DNA of 40,769 nucleotides from Candidatus Rokuibacteriota bacterium. GTDB taxonomy: Bacteria; Methylomirabilota; Methylomirabilia; Rokubacteriales; DASRDR01. Each line of letters opens with the position of its first letter. The stretch's first letter is position 1. Where the stretch lies: NCBI GenBank assembly GCA_044866005.1, contig JBIOTN010000138.1, positions 1 to 40,769 on the forward strand, in the 5' to 3' direction. Positions 9,380 through 19,827 of the stretch are shown here, in pieces. Position numbers and translations under genes: made by a program. Below the pieces are notes generated by a model, which saw only the letters and a list, made by a program, of their open reading frames with translations, was not told the DNA's origin and made no database searches.

Positions 9380-11455
9380 ATGTCGAAGCCGAAGCGGACC
9401 CTGACCCGACGGCAGTTCCTTCGCGAGACGACGCTGGCCGGGGCCGGGGCCCTCGTCGCGAGCGCGGCCCCGCGGGCGCTGGCCCAGACGCAGCTCCCCC
9501 AGACCAAGGTGGGGGCCCAGCTCATCGGGAAGCTGGAGGGGCCGGAGCTGATCGTCGACCCGGCGCGGTGGCCGAAGAAGTTCGCCGAGGCGCCGATGCT
9601 GGCCGAGCTGGTCAAGCAGGGGAAGCTCCCGCCGGTCGAGCAGCGCGTCCCGCAAGAGCCGCTCGTCATCAAGCCGGTCCACTCGATCGGCCGGTACGGC
9701 GGGACCTGGCGGCGCGGGTTCACGGGCCCCGGCGACAGCGAAAACGGCAACCGCATCGTCTCCGCGGACAAGGTCCTCTTCTGGGACTACACCGGCGCCA
9801 AGGTGATGCCGAGCGTGGCGAAGGACTGGAAGATCTCGGACGACGGCAGGACGGTGACGATCTCCCTGCGCAAGGGGATGAAGTGGTCGGACGGCCAGCC
9901 CTTCACGGCCGCCGACTTCCTCTTCTGGTACGAGGACATCTACCTGAACAAGGAGCTCCAGCCGGTCCCCAACCCGGACTTCATGATCAACGGCAAGCCG
10001 GGGACGCTCCGGAAGCTCGACGACCACACGGTGGTCTTCGAGTTCCCGGAGCCGAACTACCTGTTCGTGGACATCCTGGCGGGCAGCACCGCGATGGGCG
10101 GCGGCCAGGCGCTCCAGCAGCACGCCGGCCGGACGATGGGCGCCTACACCCCGGCCCACTACATCAAGCAGTTCCACCCCAAGTACGTCGGCAAGGACGA
10201 GGCCGACCGGACGGCGAAGGCGGCCGGCTTCGACGGCTGGATCGCCTACATCAAGAACCGGTGGGACTGGCGGCTCAACCCCGAGCTCCCGGTGTTGACC
10301 CCCTGGAAGACGGTCACCCCGATCAACAACCCGACCTGGGTCCTCGAGCGGAACCCCTACTTCTACTGCGTGGACAGCGCGGGGAACCAGCTCCCGTACC
10401 TGGACCGCATCTCCATGGGGGTGGTGGAGAACCTGGAGGTGCTCAATCTCCGGGCCATCGCCGCCCAGTACGACCTCCAGGAGCGCCACACCAGCATGGC
10501 CAAGCTCCCCGTGTTCCTGGAGAACCGCGACAAGGGCAACTACGACGTCAAGCTCGACCCGGCGCTGAACGGGTCGGACGCGACGCTCCAGACGAACCAG
10601 GCGTACGAGGCCGACCCCGAGGTCGCGAAGTGGCTCCACCACGCGGACTTCCGCCGGGCGCTCTCCATGGGGATCGACCGCGACCAGCTCAACGAGACGT
10701 TCTGGCTCGGCATCGGCATCGCGGGCTCGGTCGCCCCGAACGAGGCCCTGGCCTACAGCCCGGGCCCCGAGTGGCGCAAGAAGTGGTCCACGCTCGACGT
10801 GGCCCAGGCCAACCAGCTCCTCGACCGGATCGGGCTCCGGCAGAAGGATGCCGACGGCTACCGCGTCCGGACCGACGGCAAGGGGCGCCTCCGCATCGAG
10901 CTGCAGACCTCGGCGGGCGCCTTCATCCCCCACACCCAGATCGCCGAGATGATCAAGGAGCAGTGGAAGAAGATCGGCGTCCAGGCGGACGTCAAGGAGC
11001 TGGAGCGGAGCCTCTTCTTCACCCGCATCCGGTCCAACGAGCACCAGATCGCGCTGTGGGCCAACGACGGCTCCGAGGTCCTCTACCTCTTCCCGCGCCA
11101 CGCGCTCCCGGTGGACCCGGTCGAGGCGCTCCTCGGCCACCCCATCGCCGACTGGTACGCGAGCGGCGGGAAGGCGGGGAAGGCGCCCCGGGATCCCCAG
11201 CTCCTCAAGGCGCTCGAGCTGTTCAAGTCGGCGGGCGGCAAGAAGACCGAGGAGCGCTACCGGATCGCGCAGGAGATCTTCCGGATCATGGTGGACGGCC
11301 AGTACTCCATCGGCACGGTCGGGCAGTCGCCGGCGACGATGGGGGTGCGGATCGTGACCCGGCGCATGGGGAACATCCCGTCGCGGCAGATCAACGCCCA
11401 GCACTGCCGGACGCCGGGCAGCTCCCACCCCTCCACCTTCTACTACAAGGCGTAA
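9380..11455 (+). CDS. Peptide/nickel (family 5) ABC substrate-binding protein with Tat signal
   Basis: TRRQFL signal, LPPVEQRVP, LRKGMKWSDGQPFTAAD, GNQLPYLD. Confidence 0.93.
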   Translation: MSKPKRTLTRRQFLRETTLAGAGALVASAAPRALAQTQLPQTKVGAQLIGKLEGPELIVDPARWPKKFAEAPMLAELVKQGKLPPVEQRVPQEPLVIKPVHSIGRYGGTWRRGFTGPGDSENGNRIVSADKVLFWDYTGAKVMPSVAKDWKISDDGRTVTISLRKGMKWSDGQPFTAADFLFWYEDIYLNKELQPVPNPDFMINGKPGTLRKLDDHTVVFEFPEPNYLFVDILAGSTAMGGGQALQQHAGRTMGAYTPAHYIKQFHPKYVGKDEADRTAKAAGFDGWIAYIKNRWDWRLNPELPVLTPWKTVTPINNPTWVLERNPYFYCVDSAGNQLPYLDRISMGVVENLEVLNLRAIAAQYDLQERHTSMAKLPVFLENRDKGNYDVKLDPALNGSDATLQTNQAYEADPEVAKWLHHADFRRALSMGIDRDQLNETFWLGIGIAGSVAPNEALAYSPGPEWRKKWSTLDVAQANQLLDRIGLRQKDADGYRVRTDGKGRLRIELQTSAGAFIPHTQIAEMIKEQWKKIGVQADVKELERSLFFTRIRSNEHQIALWANDGSEVLYLFPRHALPVDPVEALLGHPIADWYASGGKAGKAPRDPQLLKALELFKSAGGKKTEERYRIAQEIFRIMVDGQYSIGTVGQSPATMGVRIVTRRMGNIPSRQINAQHCRTPGSSHPSTFYYKA

Positions 11456-11469
11456 GGGCGTCCTCGCGT

Positions 11470-11520
11470 CCTCCCAACCCTTCCTCTCCCCCGCCTCGGG
11501 GGAGAGGGGAAGGGTGAGGG
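11470..11520. repeat. REP-like long palindrome
   Basis: CCCTTCCTCTCCCCCG-CCT-CGGGGGAGAGGGGAAGGG inverted repeat in the intergenic gap. Confidence 0.75.
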
Positions 11521-11576
11521 GCTCCACCATGCTGGTCTGGCCGGAACCGCCGCGCCTCGCACCGACGAGCCTCGCG

Positions 11577-12551
11577 ATGCTCAGACCGATGGGGCTGATC
11601 GTCGTCCTGACCCTCGGCGTCCTCGCCGCGCCGCTCGCCGCCGAGGCCCAGCAACCGCCGAAGGTCCCGCGGGTCGGCGTGTTATGGCCCATTTCGGACG
11701 ACCCGATGTTGGAAGCCTTTCGGCAAGGGCTGCGCGAGCTCGGCTACGTCGAGGGTCAGAACGTCGGGCTCGAGTACCGGTACGCGCAGGGGAAAGATGC
11801 CCTGCTCCCCGAGCTCGCGGCCGACCTGGTCCGGCTCAATGTGGACGTCATCCTGACGTGGGGGACGCTCGCGGCCCGAGTTGCCAAGCAAGCGACCTCG
11901 ACGATTCCCATCGTCAACGGCTCCATGAGTGACCCGGTGCGGGCGGGGCTCGTCGCCAGCCTCGCGCGGCCAGGCGGGAACCTGACCGGGTTGACCAGCC
12001 AGACGCCGGTGTTGACGGGGAAACGGGTGGAACTGATCAAGGCCGTCGTTCCAGGGCTTTCCCGCGTGGCCGTCCTCTCGACCCCCAATCCGACCGCCCA
12101 GCTCGGGCTGCAAGAGACGGAAGTCGCCGCCCGATCGCTGGGGGTGCGGCTGCACGCCCTGGAGGTGCGCGGTCCGGAGGACTTCGACAGCGCCCTGGGG
12201 GGCGCCGCCAGAGAGCGCGCCGGGGCGCTCATCGTGCTGCCGGATCTGCTGTTCAACCAACACCTCAGGCGGCTCGTGGACCTCGCCGCAAAGCACCGGC
12301 TCCCCGCAACGTACTTCAGCAGGGACTTCGTGGAGGCGGGGGGCCTCATGTCCTACGCACCGAGCTTCTCCGGCATGTTCCGGCGCGCCGCTACCTATGT
12401 GGACAGGATCCTGAAAGGCATGAAACCCGGTGACCTCCCGATCGAGCAGGCCGCGCAGTTCGAGCTGGTCATCAACCTCAAGACCGCCAAGGGGCTCGGG
12501 CTCACGTTTCCCCAGTCCGTTCTCATCCTGGCGGACGGCGTCATCGAGTAA
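11577..12551 (+). CDS. ABC transporter substrate-binding protein (ABC_sub_bind/PF04392 type)
   Basis: APLAAEAQ signal, GLRELGYVEGQN, LVASLARPGGNLTG, FELVINLKTAK; start uncertain (11514-11589). Confidence 0.92.
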   Translation: MLRPMGLIVVLTLGVLAAPLAAEAQQPPKVPRVGVLWPISDDPMLEAFRQGLRELGYVEGQNVGLEYRYAQGKDALLPELAADLVRLNVDVILTWGTLAARVAKQATSTIPIVNGSMSDPVRAGLVASLARPGGNLTGLTSQTPVLTGKRVELIKAVVPGLSRVAVLSTPNPTAQLGLQETEVAARSLGVRLHALEVRGPEDFDSALGGAARERAGALIVLPDLLFNQHLRRLVDLAAKHRLPATYFSRDFVEAGGLMSYAPSFSGMFRRAATYVDRILKGMKPGDLPIEQAAQFELVINLKTAKGLGLTFPQSVLILADGVIE

Positions 12552-12569
12552 ACCCGGCGCCAGCCACCC

Positions 12570-13562
12570 GTGCTCGCCTACCTCGTCCGCCGCCTGATCC
12601 TCGCCATCCTGACGGTCTGGGCCATCTCCGTCCTCTCCTTCGTCATCATCCAGCTCCCGCCGGGCGACTACATCACCTCCTACATCGCCCAGATGTCGGC
12701 CTCGGGCAGCTTCGTCTCCCAGCAGGAGGCCGACGCCCTCCGCGAGCAGTACGGCCTGGATCGGCCGCTCTGGGTCCAGTACCTCCGCTGGATGAAGCTG
12801 GTCCTCCAGGGCAACTTCGGCATGGCGCTGGAGTGGGGCCGCCCGGTCTCCGAGGTGATCGGGGACCGCCTCTGGCTCACCATGGTCGTCTCCGTCGCCG
12901 CGGTGCTGCTCACCTGGTTCCTGGCCCTCCCCATCGGCGTCTACTCCGCGGTCCGCCAGTACTCGGCCGGCGACTACCTCGCGACGTTCGTGGGCTTCGT
13001 CGGCCTCGCCGTGCCGAGCTTCATGCTGGCCCTCGTCCTCATGTACTTCGGGTTCACGCTCTTCAACGCCAACATCGGCGGGCTCTTCTCCCCGGAGTAC
13101 GCGGACGCCCCGTGGACGTGGGCCAAGGCGTGGGACATGGCGAAGCACCTGCCGCTGCCGGCCGCCATCCTGGGGCTGGCGGGGACCGCGCAGCTCATCC
13201 GCATCATGCGCGCCAACCTGCTCGACGAGCTCCGGCGCCCCTACGTCATGACGGCCCGCGCGCGCGGCCTCCCGGAATCCCGGGTCATCCTCAAGTACCC
13301 GGTGCGCGTCGCCCTCAACCCGTTCGCGAGCACGGTCGGGTACCTCCTGCCCTACGTGGTCTCGGGGAGCATCATCGTCTCGCTGGTCCTGAGCCTCCCC
13401 ACGGTCGGCCCGCTCCTCCTCCGGGCCCTGGTCGCCCAGGACATGTTCCTGGCCGGCACGATCGTCCTCCTCCTCGGGGTGATGACCGTGGTCGGCACCT
13501 TCATCTCCGACCTCCTCCTGATGTGGATCGACCCCCGGATCCGGTTCGAGAGCCGGAGCTAG
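12570..13562 (+). CDS. Peptide ABC permease (OppB/DppB-like)
   Basis: YLVRRL, QLPPGD, YGLDRP, YVMTARARGL EAA loop, IDPRIR. Confidence 0.93.
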   Translation: MLAYLVRRLILAILTVWAISVLSFVIIQLPPGDYITSYIAQMSASGSFVSQQEADALREQYGLDRPLWVQYLRWMKLVLQGNFGMALEWGRPVSEVIGDRLWLTMVVSVAAVLLTWFLALPIGVYSAVRQYSAGDYLATFVGFVGLAVPSFMLALVLMYFGFTLFNANIGGLFSPEYADAPWTWAKAWDMAKHLPLPAAILGLAGTAQLIRIMRANLLDELRRPYVMTARARGLPESRVILKYPVRVALNPFASTVGYLLPYVVSGSIIVSLVLSLPTVGPLLLRALVAQDMFLAGTIVLLLGVMTVVGTFISDLLLMWIDPRIRFESRS

Positions 13563-14695
13563 TCGCCGGCGCGGGCGGCGCCAGCGGCCTGGCCGCCGCG
13601 GTCGCCGAGGAGCGCGTCTCGGTCGCCACCCAGTGGCAGCTCATGTGGTGGCGCTTCCGGCGCCACCGGCTGGCCATCGCGGGGACGATCGTGGTGTTGC
13701 TCTTCTACGGCGGCGTGCTGTGCGCCGATTTTCTCGCCTATGCCGATCCGAGCGCGTCGGAGGCGCAGCGCTCGCTCCTCCCGCCCCAGCCGATCCGCTG
13801 GCTCGACGAGGGCCGCTTCCGCCCCCACGTCTACGGGCTGGCCGGCCGGCGCGACCCGATCACGCTCAAGCGCGTCTACACGCCCGACCCCGAGAAGAAG
13901 ATCCCGGTGCGGTTCTTCGTGGAGGGCTTCCCGTACCGCTTCCTGGGGCTCGTCCCGGCCCGGCTCCACCTGCTCGGGGTCGAGGGGCCGCGGGCGGAAG
14001 AGGCGATGTTCCTCCTCGGGACCGACGAGCAGGGCCGCGACCTCTGGTCGCGCCTCATGTACGGGACGCGGACCTCCCTCACCATCGGCCTCGCGGGCGT
14101 CGCCCTGAGCCTGGTCCTCGGCGTCCTGCTGGGCGGGATCTCCGGACTCTACGGCGGCGTCGCCGACACCGTCATCCAGCGCGCCATCGAGATCGTGCGC
14201 TCGATCCCGACGATCCCGCTCTGGATGGGGTTGGCGGCCGCGCTGCCGAACGACTGGACGATCATGCAGGTCTACTTCGCCATCACGGTCATCATCTCGC
14301 TGATCGGCTGGACCGAGCTGGCGCGCGTGGTGCGCGGGCGCTTCCTCTCGCTCCGGGAGGAGGACTTCGTGATGGCGGCCGAGCTGGCGGGGTGCAGCCG
14401 GACGCGGATCATCGTGAGCCACCTGGTGCCGTCGTTCCTCTCCCACATCATCGCCGCCACCACGCTGGCGATCCCGGCGATGATCATCAGCGAGACGTCG
14501 CTCTCGTTCCTGGGGCTCGGGCTCCGCCCGCCGGCGATCAGCTGGGGCGTGCTCCTCCAGCAAGCGCAGAACATCCAGGCGCTGGCGATCTCGCCGTGGC
14601 TCCTGATCCCGGCTCTGCCCGTGACGGTCGTGATCCTGGCCTTCAACTTCATGGGCGACGGGCTGCGCGACGCGGCGGACCCCTATGGCCACTGA
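13523..14695 (+). CDS. Peptide ABC permease (OppC/DppC-like)
   Basis: WWRFRRHRLA, LGTDEQGRD, FNFMGDGLRDAADP; start uncertain (GTG 13523 or ATG 13643). Confidence 0.88.
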   Translation: MDRPPDPVREPELVAGAGGASGLAAAVAEERVSVATQWQLMWWRFRRHRLAIAGTIVVLLFYGGVLCADFLAYADPSASEAQRSLLPPQPIRWLDEGRFRPHVYGLAGRRDPITLKRVYTPDPEKKIPVRFFVEGFPYRFLGLVPARLHLLGVEGPRAEEAMFLLGTDEQGRDLWSRLMYGTRTSLTIGLAGVALSLVLGVLLGGISGLYGGVADTVIQRAIEIVRSIPTIPLWMGLAAALPNDWTIMQVYFAITVIISLIGWTELARVVRGRFLSLREEDFVMAAELAGCSRTRIIVSHLVPSFLSHIIAATTLAIPAMIISETSLSFLGLGLRPPAISWGVLLQQAQNIQALAISPWLLIPALPVTVVILAFNFMGDGLRDAADPYGH

Positions 14696-15701
14696 GCCGA
14701 TCCTCGAGGTGCGGGACCTCAGGACCTATTTCTTCCCCGAGGAGGGGGTCGTGCGCGCGGTGGACGGGGCGAGCTTCGAGGTCTACCCGAGCCGGACGCT
14801 CGGCCTGGTGGGGGAGTCGGGCTGCGGCAAGAGCGTGACCGCGCGCTCGATCCTGCGCCTGATCGAGCGGCCGGGGCGGATCGTGGCGGGCGCCATCCGG
14901 CTCCGGCGGAACGGCCGCGGGGGCGGCGGCGCGCTCGACCTCACGGCGCTCGATCCGGGCGGACGCGAGATGCGCCGGGTGCGGGGCGGCGACATCGGGC
15001 TCGTCTTCCAGGAGCCGATGACCTCCTTCAGCCCGGTCCACACGATCGGCAACCAGATGATCGAGACGCTCCGCCTCCACGAGGGGATCGGGAAGGCCGA
15101 GGCCCGGGCCCGGGCGGTGGAGATGCTGCGCCTGGTCGGCGTCCCCCGGCCGGAGCGACGGATCGACGAGTACGCCTTCCAGCTGAGCGGCGGGCTCCGC
15201 CAGCGCGCCATGATCGCGCTCGCGCTCTCCTGCGGGCCCCGGATCCTCATCGCCGACGAGCCGACGACGGCGCTCGACGTGACGACCCAGGCGCAGATCC
15301 TGGAGCTCCTCCGCCGGCTCCAGGCCGAGCAGGGGATGGCGATCATCCTCATCACCCACAACCTCGGCGTCGTCGCCGAGATGTGCGACGAGGTGGCGGT
15401 GATGTACCTGGGGCGGGTGGTCGAGCGGGGCCCGGTGGACGCGATCTTCCACGCCCCCAAGCACCCCTACACCCGGGCGCTCCTCCGCTCCATCCCGTCG
15501 ATCCACGCGCCGGTGCGGACGAAGCTCCCCACGATCGCGGGCTCGATCCCGCACCCCTACAACCACCCCGCCGGCTGCGCCTTCCACCCGCGCTGCCCGG
15601 AAGTGCTGCGCGGCGTCTGCGAGCGCCACGAGCCGCGGCTCCTGCCGGCGGGCGACAGCCAGGCGGTGAGCTGTTTCCTCCACCATCCGGTGACCGAGTG
15701 A
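14685..15701 (+). CDS. Peptide ABC ATPase (OppD/DppD-like)
   Basis: [28 protein letters not shown]-terminal Cys oligo_HPY motif. Confidence 0.94.
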   Translation: MATEPILEVRDLRTYFFPEEGVVRAVDGASFEVYPSRTLGLVGESGCGKSVTARSILRLIERPGRIVAGAIRLRRNGRGGGGALDLTALDPGGREMRRVRGGDIGLVFQEPMTSFSPVHTIGNQMIETLRLHEGIGKAEARARAVEMLRLVGVPRPERRIDEYAFQLSGGLRQRAMIALALSCGPRILIADEPTTALDVTTQAQILELLRRLQAEQGMAIILITHNLGVVAEMCDEVAVMYLGRVVERGPVDAIFHAPKHPYTRALLRSIPSIHAPVRTKLPTIAGSIPHPYNHPAGCAFHPRCPEVLRGVCERHEPRLLPAGDSQAVSCFLHHPVTE

Positions 15702-16723
15702 CGACCAACGGCGCGGGGCGGCTCCTCGACGTCCGCGGCCTCCGCAAGCACTTCCCCATCCAGAAGGGGTTCCTCCGCCGGGAGGTGGGCCGCGTGCGCG
15801 CGGTGGACGACGTGTCCTTCCACGTGGACCGGGGCGAGACCCTGTCGCTCGTCGGCGAGAGCGGCTGCGGCAAGACGACCACGGCGCGCTGCATCCTGCG
15901 CGCCCTGGTCCCGACGGCGGGGGAGATCCGCTTCCGGACCGGCGACGGCGCGGTCGTGGACGTGGCGAGCCTCCCGAAGAGCCGCCTCCGCCCGCTCCGC
16001 CGCCAGATGCAGATGATCTTCCAGGACCCCTTCTCGTCGCTCAACCCGCGCCGGACGCTCTTCAACATCATCGCCGAGCCCCTCGTCGCCAACCGGGTGG
16101 GGAGCGCGGCCGAGCGGGCGGACCGCGTCGCGGAGCTCTTGCGGCTGGTGGGGCTCCGGCCCGAGTACATGCGGCGCTACCCCCACGCCTTCAGCGGCGG
16201 CCAGCGCCAGCGGATCGGCATCGCCCGGGCGCTCGCCCTCCACCCGAGCCTGGTCGTGGCCGACGAGCCGGTCTCCGCGCTCGACGTGTCGGTCCAGGCG
16301 CAGATCCTCAACCTGATGCTCGACCTGCAGGCCCGCCTCGGGCTCACCTACCTGTTCGTCGCCCACGACCTCTCCGTCGTCAAGCACGTGAGCGACCGCG
16401 TGGCCGTCATGTACGTCGGCCGCATCGTCGAGATGACGACGACCGAGCGGCTCTACACGACACCGAAGCACCCCTACACCGAGGCGCTCCTCTCCGCCGT
16501 CCCCAAGCCGGACCCGCGGCTCCGGAGCCAGCGGATCGTGCTGGAAGGCGAGGTCGCCGACCCCGCCCACCCGCCCGCCGGGTGCCACTTCCACCCCCGC
16601 TGCGCCTACGCGCGCGAGGTCTGCCGGACGGAGACGCCGCGGCTGGAGGAGATCGAGCCCGGCCACTTCGTGAGCTGCCACCGGGCCCGCGAGCTGACCC
16701 TCCGCGGCGTCGGCGCGCCCTGA
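15698..16723 (+). CDS. Peptide ABC ATPase (OppF/DppF-like)
   Basis: [36 protein letters not shown] start overlapping upstream stop. Confidence 0.94.
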   Translation: MTTNGAGRLLDVRGLRKHFPIQKGFLRREVGRVRAVDDVSFHVDRGETLSLVGESGCGKTTTARCILRALVPTAGEIRFRTGDGAVVDVASLPKSRLRPLRRQMQMIFQDPFSSLNPRRTLFNIIAEPLVANRVGSAAERADRVAELLRLVGLRPEYMRRYPHAFSGGQRQRIGIARALALHPSLVVADEPVSALDVSVQAQILNLMLDLQARLGLTYLFVAHDLSVVKHVSDRVAVMYVGRIVEMTTTERLYTTPKHPYTEALLSAVPKPDPRLRSQRIVLEGEVADPAHPPAGCHFHPRCAYAREVCRTETPRLEEIEPGHFVSCHRARELTLRGVGAP

Positions 16724-16970
16724 TCGCCCGAGGCCCGTCGCCGGTACCGGGGGGGCCCGGGCCTCGTCCTCCATGTCCTGGGAGCTGGCGGGAGACGGCT
16801 TGGGCGGGGGATCGGGCCGTCGCCCGGCGGATTTTGGGCAGGGTTCGGCCTCGTCTGCACTAGACTCCTGCCATGTCTCCGGCGTCCTCGGCCTTCGTGC
16901 CCGGGGCCGAATCCTGAGCGGCGGCTCGGCCCGGGGCGCCCGCGGCCAGCGGAGAGAGGCTCTGAGAAGG

Positions 16971-17834
16971 TTGCTCCGAACGGCACTCGGGGTCTGCCTG
17001 GCCCCCGCCTTCGTGGCCTGCGCTGCGGGCGGCGGGCCGCCCGCCCTCACCGGGCCTCCCTGTGCGGCGCTCGCGCATGACCCCGCCCCGGCAGGCGAGT
17101 TCTGGTATCGGCAGGTGCGGTTCGCGAGTGGCCGCCTGACCATCGGCGCCCTGCTCAGCCGGCCGCCGGGCGCCGGTCCGTTTCCCGCGTACATCCACAA
17201 TCACGGCTCGATGACCCCCGAGCGAGCCGCGGGGCCGCTGTGGAGCCTGCCCGACGAGCTCGACTTCAACCTCGTTCGCGCGGGCTTCGTCGTGCTGCGG
17301 CCGGCCCGCCGGGGCTATCTCGGGTCCGGCGGGCGGACGACGACGTACCTCGCCACCGGATCGAAAGCCAGCGCTCGCGAGGTCGTGAGCAGTGCGTACG
17401 ACGAGGCGGACGACGTCAGGGCGGCGTTCGACTACGTGAAGGCGTGTCCATTCGTCGACCCGGCCAGGATCGCGATCGGTGGCCACTCGGTGGGAGGCCT
17501 CGTCACCATCATCGCCGCGGCGCGGCTCCCCGCCGCGGGGGCGGTCGCCAGCATCAATGGCGGCATCAGCTGGCGTGAGCGCGGCGAGCAGACGGGGACG
17601 TCGACGGTGCTGGCGGTGTTCGGCCGCGAGGCCGGCAAGATCGGAGCGCCGGTGCTCTTGCTCCACGGCGCGGAGGACCGGCTGGTGGATCCGGACCTCA
17701 GCCGGCGCTTGGCCGAGCTCCTGCGGCGCGTGGGGACGCCGGTCGAGCTGACCCTGTACCCCGGTGACCACTACCGGTTCCCGATCCCCGAGCTCGTGCG
17801 GTTTCTCGACCGCCGGCTCAACGAGGCGCGCTAG
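16971..17834 (+). CDS. Dienelactone-hydrolase/peptidase S9-like alpha/beta hydrolase, possible lipoprotein
   Basis: GPFPA..HNHG, RRGYLGS, GHSVGG nucleophile, LLHGAED, YPGDH; FVAC lipobox-like; start uncertain (TTG 16971). Confidence 0.8.
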   Translation: MLRTALGVCLAPAFVACAAGGGPPALTGPPCAALAHDPAPAGEFWYRQVRFASGRLTIGALLSRPPGAGPFPAYIHNHGSMTPERAAGPLWSLPDELDFNLVRAGFVVLRPARRGYLGSGGRTTTYLATGSKASAREVVSSAYDEADDVRAAFDYVKACPFVDPARIAIGGHSVGGLVTIIAAARLPAAGAVASINGGISWRERGEQTGTSTVLAVFGREAGKIGAPVLLLHGAEDRLVDPDLSRRLAELLRRVGTPVELTLYPGDHYRFPIPELVRFLDRRLNEAR

Positions 17835-17869
17835 GTGTGCCCGAGCCGGGTCGATCGGGTGGGGACGCA

Positions 17870-18716
17870 ATGACGACTCGACCGACGAAACGACTGCAAG
17901 AGCTGCTGCTGATGGCTGCCGCCTACTATGTCGTGGGCAGACTTGGATTGTTGTTGGCCATTCCTCCCGGATATGCAACGGCTGTCTGGCCGGCGTCAGG
18001 CATCGCCCTGGCCGGCACCCTACTGTTCGGGTATCGGGTGTGGCCGGGTACTCTGCTCGGGTCGTTCTTGGTCAACGTCTGGACATCCCTCGACACGACC
18101 AGTATGGCGTCGATTTCGAAGTCCGTATTTCTAGCGACCAGCATCGGTATGGGAGCGTCCGTGCAGGCTGTCGTGGGAGCTTTCCTCGTGCGCCGGTTCG
18201 TCGGATACCCGACTTCGCTGGTCGCGGAACACGATGTCGTCAAATTCCTGGCCCTCGGAGGGCCCGTCAGCTGTCTGGTAAGTGCGACGTTCGGTGTAAC
18301 GAGTCTGCTCCTGGGCGGGGTCATCGGGTGGCCCGACTGACGAGGCCGAGGTCCGGGAGCTGATCGCCGAGATCTTGCGGGGACACGGCTATCGCATCCT
18401 CACCGCCGGCACTCCGCACGAGGCGATCGCACTCGCCGGCCGGTATCCCGAGCCCATTCATCTGCTCCTCACCGACGTGGTGATGCCCGAGATGAGTGGC
18501 CGCGCGCTCGCCGAGGCGCTGACCGCTACACGGCGTGAGATGAAGTTCGCGTACATGACGGGCTACACTGAGGATGCGATTGTCCATCATGGCGTCCTGG
18601 ACTCCGGCACAGTGCTCCTGCCGAAACCCTTCACGCCGGCAGCGCTGGCCGGAGTCGTGCGCGAGGCGCTCGACGAGCCGGATCGCCTCCGTGAGGCGGC
18701 CGGGCAGGAAGGGTGA
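17870..18716 (+). pseudogene. Internally deleted hybrid sensor histidine kinase (MASE1 N-terminus and receiver C-terminus)
   Basis: MASE1 start (YYVVGRLG..LAIPPGYATAVWPASGIALA) stops at TGA 18338-18340; from 18339 a shifted frame reads DEAEVRELIAEIL...LLLTDVVMPEMSG...LLPKPF, a receiver lacking its first strand; no HisKA/HATPase. Confidence 0.85.
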
Positions 18717-18738
18717 GCGCCACGCATTCGCTGCTGGC

Positions 18739-19233
18739 GTGACGGCTGCGGTCCCGGCACGTCCGTCGCGAGGACGTGTCGGCGCGGTGGCGGTCGCCTG
18801 CGCGCTGGCGGTGGCCGGCAGCGGGTGCGTCGACGAGGCGGCCTGGAAGGCCATCCACGGGCAGCCGATCGTGGAGCGTCCGCCTGACGGCGTCCTGCTC
18901 GCGCGGAGCGATATGAGTCCGCCCGCCCCGGCCATCCCCGGCTTCAACAATCAGGGACACATCGAGATCGTCTGGGCCTCCCCGCGGGACGTCGAGCTGC
19001 TGGGCGCGTGGTACGCCGACCGATTCGGGGGCCGATACGGCTTCCGACAATCGAGCGAAGGCGGCGGGATCCGGCTCGACGGGAGAGCCTCCGACTCGCC
19101 GGTTCGCGTCCTCGTGCGCCTGAGCCCGACCGGCCCCCGGACGATCCACCCCGACACCGAAAAGCAGCTCAAGCCCGCGCCGCCCGGCACGCGGACCTAC
19201 GCGACGGTCCTCGTCTACGGGCCGGCGCCATGA
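18739..19233 (+). CDS. Hypothetical lipoprotein
   Basis: Basic N-terminus, hydrophobic stretch, GSG-C lipobox; no family recognised. Confidence 0.6.
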   Translation: MTAAVPARPSRGRVGAVAVACALAVAGSGCVDEAAWKAIHGQPIVERPPDGVLLARSDMSPPAPAIPGFNNQGHIEIVWASPRDVELLGAWYADRFGGRYGFRQSSEGGGIRLDGRASDSPVRVLVRLSPTGPRTIHPDTEKQLKPAPPGTRTYATVLVYGPAP

Positions 19234-19265
19234 GTAAGCAGGCGGAGCCCCGGCCTTCCCACCGG

Positions 19266-19301
19266 CAGACGGCAGGGCGGCAGCACAGACGGCAGGGCGG
19301 C
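19266..19301 (+). repeat. 16-bp direct repeat CAGACGGCAGGGCGGC x2
   Basis: Copies at 19266-19281 and 19286-19301. Confidence 0.8.
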
Positions 19302-19328
19302 TTGACCGGCTCCGGGTCGGTTCCTATG

Positions 19329-19827
19329 CGGCACTCGGGGTCTGCGCGGCCACCGCATTCGTGGCCTGCGCTACCGGAGGCGGACCGCCCGCCGTCGCCA
19401 CGGCGCCATGTGCGGTGTTCGAGCGTGACCCCGTCCCGGCAGGCCACTTCTGGTATCGGCAGGTGCGCTTCGCGAGCGGCCGCCTGACGATCGGCGCGTT
19501 GCTGAGCCGGCCGCCGGGCGAGGGCCCGTTTCCCGCGTACATTCACAATCACGGCTCGATGACTCGCGAGCGAGCGGCGGGGCGGCTGTGGAGCCTGTCG
19601 TCGTGCTGCGGCCCGCCCGCCGGGGATACCTCGGATCCGGCGGGCAGACGACGACGTACTTCGCCACGCTGTCGAAGGTCAGCGCTCGCGAGGTCGTGAG
19701 CGCCGCGTACGACGAGGCGGACGACGTCCGGGCGGGCGATCACTACCGGTTTCCGATCCCCGAGCTGGTGCGGTTTCTCGACCGCCGGCTCAAGGGGCCG
19801 GCCGGGCCTCGGCTCGATTCCCCGTGA
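19329..19827 (+). pseudogene. Degenerate paralog of the 16971-17834 hydrolase
   Basis: Nucleotide-level similarity; 37-bp deletion at 19597/19598 (frameshift) and 339-bp deletion at 19734/19735 removing GHSVGG. Confidence 0.9.

Noticed and set aside
8186..11692. Very long ORFs in the track (1168 aa here; also 572-2482, 5248-8361, 24052-26115, 26596-28767)
   Set aside because: Antisense or off-frame shadows of recognisable genes, expected at this GC content; only the last 256 aa of 5248-8361 is a real gene
13523..13645. Missing clear start for the OppC-like permease as evidence of pseudogenisation
   Set aside because: The frame is open and intact; GTG 13523 or ATG 13643 can serve as the start
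18338..18340. TGA read-through (selenocysteine) joining MASE1 to the receiver
   Set aside because: The receiver is in a different frame and the kinase core is missing
16971..19827. Hydrolase gene and its copy as a DGR template/variable repeat pair
   Set aside because: Mismatches are not adenine-specific, many are synonymous, and no reverse transcriptase is present
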